NCBI GenBank assembly: GCA_028706695.1
Contig: JAQTVU010000001.1
Location: 1-39,024, forward strand
DNA length: 39,024 nucleotides
Direction: 5' to 3'
Source of the DNA: Mycobacterium sp.
GTDB lineage: Bacteria; Actinomycetota; Actinomycetes; Mycobacteriales; Mycobacteriaceae
In this document: piece by piece, positions 35,824 to 39,024 of the stretch
How the letters are laid out: each line of letters opens with the position of its first letter
Position numbering within the stretch: position 1 is the stretch's first letter
Program-made: the position numbers and the translations under genes
Notes under the pieces: generated by a model
Told to the model about the DNA's origin: nothing
The model's input: only the letters and a program-made list of their open reading frames with translations
The model's database searches: none

Positions 35824-37761
35824 GTGTCGGGGGAGGAGTCGCCGCAAGGCGGCGAGACCGCAGAGTGCCGCACCGGATCGCAATTCGGCCCCTACCTCCT
35901 CAAGCGACTTCTGGGAAGCGGCGGATTCGGCGAGGTCTACGAGGCTGTCGACACCGTCAAGAACCGGATTGTCGCGCTGAAGCTGTTGCCGCCTTCCTGC
36001 ACCGCGGACCCGAACTTCCGGCGCCGGCTGTTCCGTGAAGCATCCACGGCCGGCAGGCTCAACGAGCCACATGTCGTGCCCATCCACGATTACGGGGAAA
36101 TCGAAGGCCAGCTCTACATCGACATGCGCCTGATCCCGGGCACCGACCTGCGCACGGTCCTGAGCGAGGAGGGGCCGCTCGACGTCGAGCGCGCCGTGTC
36201 GATCACCGCCCAGATCGCGGCGGCTCTTGACGCCGCGCACGCCGAGGAGATCGTGCACCGCGACGTCAAGCCCGCCAATATCCTGCTTGCCGCAGGCGAT
36301 TTCGCGTGCCTGGTCGATTTCGGGCTCGCGAACGCCGCGACCGACGCTCAACTCACTAGCGCCGGCACCACCATCGGCACTTTCGCCTACATGGCCCCCG
36401 AACGGTTCGGAGGCCTGCAGATCGATCGCCGCGTCGACGTGTACGCATTGGCATGTGTGCTCCACGAATGCCTGACCGGCGTTCAGCCCTATCAGGCCAG
36501 CGACAAAGTCGGGTTCATCGCCGCGCATATAGCGACCCCTATTCCGCAGCCCAGCTCGCACCCCGGTGTGCCGGCGGCCTTCGACGAGGTCATCAGCCGC
36601 GGCATGGCCAAAGACCCCAAGGACCGCTATCTCAGCGCCGGCGAGCTGGCCGCCGCTGCCCGCGGTGCCCTGGCCGGTGCGGGCCCCGGCCCTGCCCGGG
36701 CCGCCGCCCCTGAATTTCCTGCGGCCGCGCAGGCGCCGGGCCGCCGCCGGCGCCGCAGGATCGCCGTGCTGGCGGCCGCCGCTGTCGTGGCCGCCGCCGC
36801 GGGAACCGCCAGCTGGATGTTCGGCCGCCATCAGGACCACCACCCGGCGCCGGTCACCGGCCCCCAGGCGGCCCCGGTCGCCCGGATCGTCGCGACGGTT
36901 CCTGTCGGCCGGCGCCCCGAAGCCGTCGCGGTCGACTCGGCCAGCCACAACGTCTACACCGTGAACTACGAGGACAGCACACTGTCGGCGATCAGCACCG
37001 CCCGCTGGGCTGTTACCGCGACCATCCCCGTCGGCCACGGGCCCGCTGGATTAGCGATCGACCCGGGCGCCCACACCGCGGTCGTCGCCAACAACCGCGA
37101 CGACACCGCCACGATCATCGACCTTGCCGCCGGAACACCCACCGCCACAGTCAAAGTCGGCACCAACCCGTGGGGAGTGGCCATCGACCCCGACAGCCAC
37201 TCAGCCTATGTGGCCAACCAGTGGGACTACAGCGTGTCGGTGATCAACCTCGACACCCGCTCCGTGATCGCCACCATTCCCGTCGGGAAAAATCCCTACG
37301 GCGTGGCGGTCGACCCCACCACGCATGCCGCCTACGTCGCCAACAGCAGCGACGGCACCGTCTCGGTGATCGACGGCGCCACCCGCGCCGTCACCGCGAC
37401 CATCCCTGTCGGCAACGACCCCCGCGGGGTAGCGATCGACGCCGCGCACCACGCCGCCTTCGTCACCAACGAAGCAGAAGGCACGGTGACCGTCATCAAC
37501 CTCGACAGCCGCCGCCTCACAGCCACCGTGCACCTCGGTGACAGCCCCTTCGGGGTGGCCGTGGACCCCGCCGCCCATACCGTGTACTCCGCCAACCACG
37601 ACAACGCCCTGTCGGTCATCGACACCAACACCTTGGCCGTCACCGGCGCCATCCGCATCGGCAAGGACACCTTCACCGTCGACGTCGACCCCGCCACCCA
37701 CATCGTGTACACCGCGACCGCAGACAACGCCGTCGCAGCGATCGACCCCGCACAGCACTAG
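35824..37761 (+). CDS. Transmembrane Hanks-type Ser/Thr kinase with 7-blade YVTN-type beta-propeller (PknD-like architecture)
   Basis: GSGGFG, VALK, HRDVKPAN, DFG, YMAPE; TM helix; seven ATIPVG..P.GVAID repeats; GGAGG RBS before GTG 35824. Confidence 0.95.
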   Translation: MSGEESPQGGETAECRTGSQFGPYLLKRLLGSGGFGEVYEAVDTVKNRIVALKLLPPSCTADPNFRRRLFREASTAGRLNEPHVVPIHDYGEIEGQLYIDMRLIPGTDLRTVLSEEGPLDVERAVSITAQIAAALDAAHAEEIVHRDVKPANILLAAGDFACLVDFGLANAATDAQLTSAGTTIGTFAYMAPERFGGLQIDRRVDVYALACVLHECLTGVQPYQASDKVGFIAAHIATPIPQPSSHPGVPAAFDEVISRGMAKDPKDRYLSAGELAAAARGALAGAGPGPARAAAPEFPAAAQAPGRRRRRRIAVLAAAAVVAAAAGTASWMFGRHQDHHPAPVTGPQAAPVARIVATVPVGRRPEAVAVDSASHNVYTVNYEDSTLSAISTARWAVTATIPVGHGPAGLAIDPGAHTAVVANNRDDTATIIDLAAGTPTATVKVGTNPWGVAIDPDSHSAYVANQWDYSVSVINLDTRSVIATIPVGKNPYGVAVDPTTHAAYVANSSDGTVSVIDGATRAVTATIPVGNDPRGVAIDAAHHAAFVTNEAEGTVTVINLDSRRLTATVHLGDSPFGVAVDPAAHTVYSANHDNALSVIDTNTLAVTGAIRIGKDTFTVDVDPATHIVYTATADNAVAAIDPAQH

Positions 37762-37777
37762 CCCCGGAAAGAGATCT

Positions 37778-38872
37778 GTGACTCAGCCAAACATCCGCAG
37801 CGCGATCATCGGTACCGGCATGGTCGGTGCGGTGCATGCCCACGCGGTCCGCCGCGCCGGCGGACAACTCGCCGCCGTCAGCGCCAGCACCCCGCACACC
37901 AGCGAGCTCGCCGCCGCCCGGCTCGGCGCCGAACGCCCCGCCGCCCCCGCGGACATCTTCGCCGCCGACGATGTCGACGTCGTCCACATCTGCACCCCCA
38001 ACAACCTTCACGTAGAGCAAGTCCTGGCCGCCCTGGCCGCCGGCAAACACGTCATCTGCGAAAAACCCTTGGCCACAACCGTCGCCGACGCTCAAACCCT
38101 CGCCGACGCCGCCCGCGAGGCGGGAACCGTCGCGGCGGTGGCGTTCATCTACCGCTTCTACCCGATGGTCCGCGAAGCCCGCCACCGCCTCGCCGACTCC
38201 GAGGTCTGGCTGCTACACGGCGGCTACGTCCAAGACCACCAAGCCAAAGCCGACCCCACCGGATGGCGCTCCGACCCAACACAATCCGGGGCATCAGCGA
38301 CATTCGCCGACATCGGCTCACACTGGTGCGACCTCGCCGAATTCGTCACCGGCCAACGCATCACCGAAGTATTCGCCGCAGAAGCCTCCGCCCCGCGCGG
38401 CAGCGTGCGCCAAGACGACGGCGCGGTGGTCGCCTTCCGCACCGACCACGGCGCCATCGGCAGCCTGGTCGTCAGCCAATCTTCACCCGGCCGCAAAAAC
38501 CAGCTCGCCTTCTCCTTCGACGCCCGCGACGTCGCGGTGCAATTCGACGGCGAACGCCCCGACGAACTGATCATCGGCGGCCTATCTGCCACCACCACGC
38601 TGCTGCGCGACAACGCCGGCCTACACCCGTCCGCCGCCCGCTACTCGCTGCTGCCCGCCGGTCACCCGCAGGGCTACCAGGACTGCTTCAACTCCTTCGT
38701 CGCCGACGTCTACGACGCCATCCAAACCGGCAGCATCCCAGACGGGCTACCCCAATTCACCGACGGCGTCCGCGCAGCCACCATCCACGCCGCCGTCACA
38801 GCGTCGGTGGCCGACCGCAGCTGGGCCACGATCCCCACACCGGCGGCCCAACCCGCCGGGGCGCGACGATGA
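37778..38872 (+). CDS. Gfo/Idh/MocA family oxidoreductase
   Basis: IIGTGMVG, ICTPN..H, HVICEKP, DIGSH. Confidence 0.93.
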   Translation: MTQPNIRSAIIGTGMVGAVHAHAVRRAGGQLAAVSASTPHTSELAAARLGAERPAAPADIFAADDVDVVHICTPNNLHVEQVLAALAAGKHVICEKPLATTVADAQTLADAAREAGTVAAVAFIYRFYPMVREARHRLADSEVWLLHGGYVQDHQAKADPTGWRSDPTQSGASATFADIGSHWCDLAEFVTGQRITEVFAAEASAPRGSVRQDDGAVVAFRTDHGAIGSLVVSQSSPGRKNQLAFSFDARDVAVQFDGERPDELIIGGLSATTTLLRDNAGLHPSAARYSLLPAGHPQGYQDCFNSFVADVYDAIQTGSIPDGLPQFTDGVRAATIHAAVTASVADRSWATIPTPAAQPAGARR

Positions 38873-39024
38873 CCACCCCCACGGTCCGACTCGGGCTGAT
38901 CGGGCTCGGCGGCATGGGCAGCGCCCACCTCGAGATCTTCACCGGCATCCCGCAAGCGCACATCGCCGCAATCGCCGACCCCCACGCGCCGTTCGCCGAC
39001 CGCGCCGCCGCCCGCACCCCTTCG
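38869..39024 (+). CDS. Second Gfo/Idh/MocA oxidoreductase (3' truncated)
   Basis: ATGA overlap; VRLGLIGLGGMGSAH...IAAIAD. Confidence 0.8.
   Translation, partial: MTTPTVRLGLIGLGGMGSAHLEIFTGIPQAHIAAIADPHAPFADRAAARTPS

Noticed and set aside
35548-37038. 496-aa minus-strand ORF and similar long antisense ORFs
   Set aside because: Shadow ORFs opposite well-supported genes in high-GC DNA
35824-37761. Assigning the symbol pknD
   Set aside because: The architecture is similar, but it has seven YVTN-type blades and no pst context; orthology is not shown

Overview
High-GC actinobacterial DNA, most likely from the Mycobacteriaceae. It reads as part of a large mobile replicon (plasmid or ICE), which is an inference: no rep, relaxase or integrase lies in the window. 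Bases 1-12 kb hold a divergent, rearranged type VII secretion (ESX) locus: eccD-mycP-eccE, three unknown genes, espG, a PE-like and PPE-like pair, two ~70% identical helical-hairpin substrate-like proteins and a convergent NlpC/P60 hydrolase. The PE-like protein, both hairpin proteins and the NlpC/P60 N-terminus share a non-canonical [L/M/H]xxTD motif where YxxxD/E is expected. Bases 12.4-12.6 kb hold a palindrome cluster plus a (GCGTGCC)10 tandem repeat. Bases 12.6-22.5 kb hold many small, often Cys-rich unknown genes, a macrodomain relic, a UvrD-like helicase and a frameshifted GntR-HIT fusion. Bases 22.6-33.9 kb hold a metallophosphoesterase, an alpha/beta hydrolase, an HTH gene, an orphan EspK-like substrate, a coupled DEDDh exonuclease / exported HNH nuclease / FtsK ATPase operon and a methyltransferase. 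Bases 34-39 kb hold an FHA-XRE regulator divergent from a receptor Ser/Thr kinase with a 7-blade propeller, followed by Gfo/Idh/MocA oxidoreductases. All calls come from motif recognition by eye; no searches were run.
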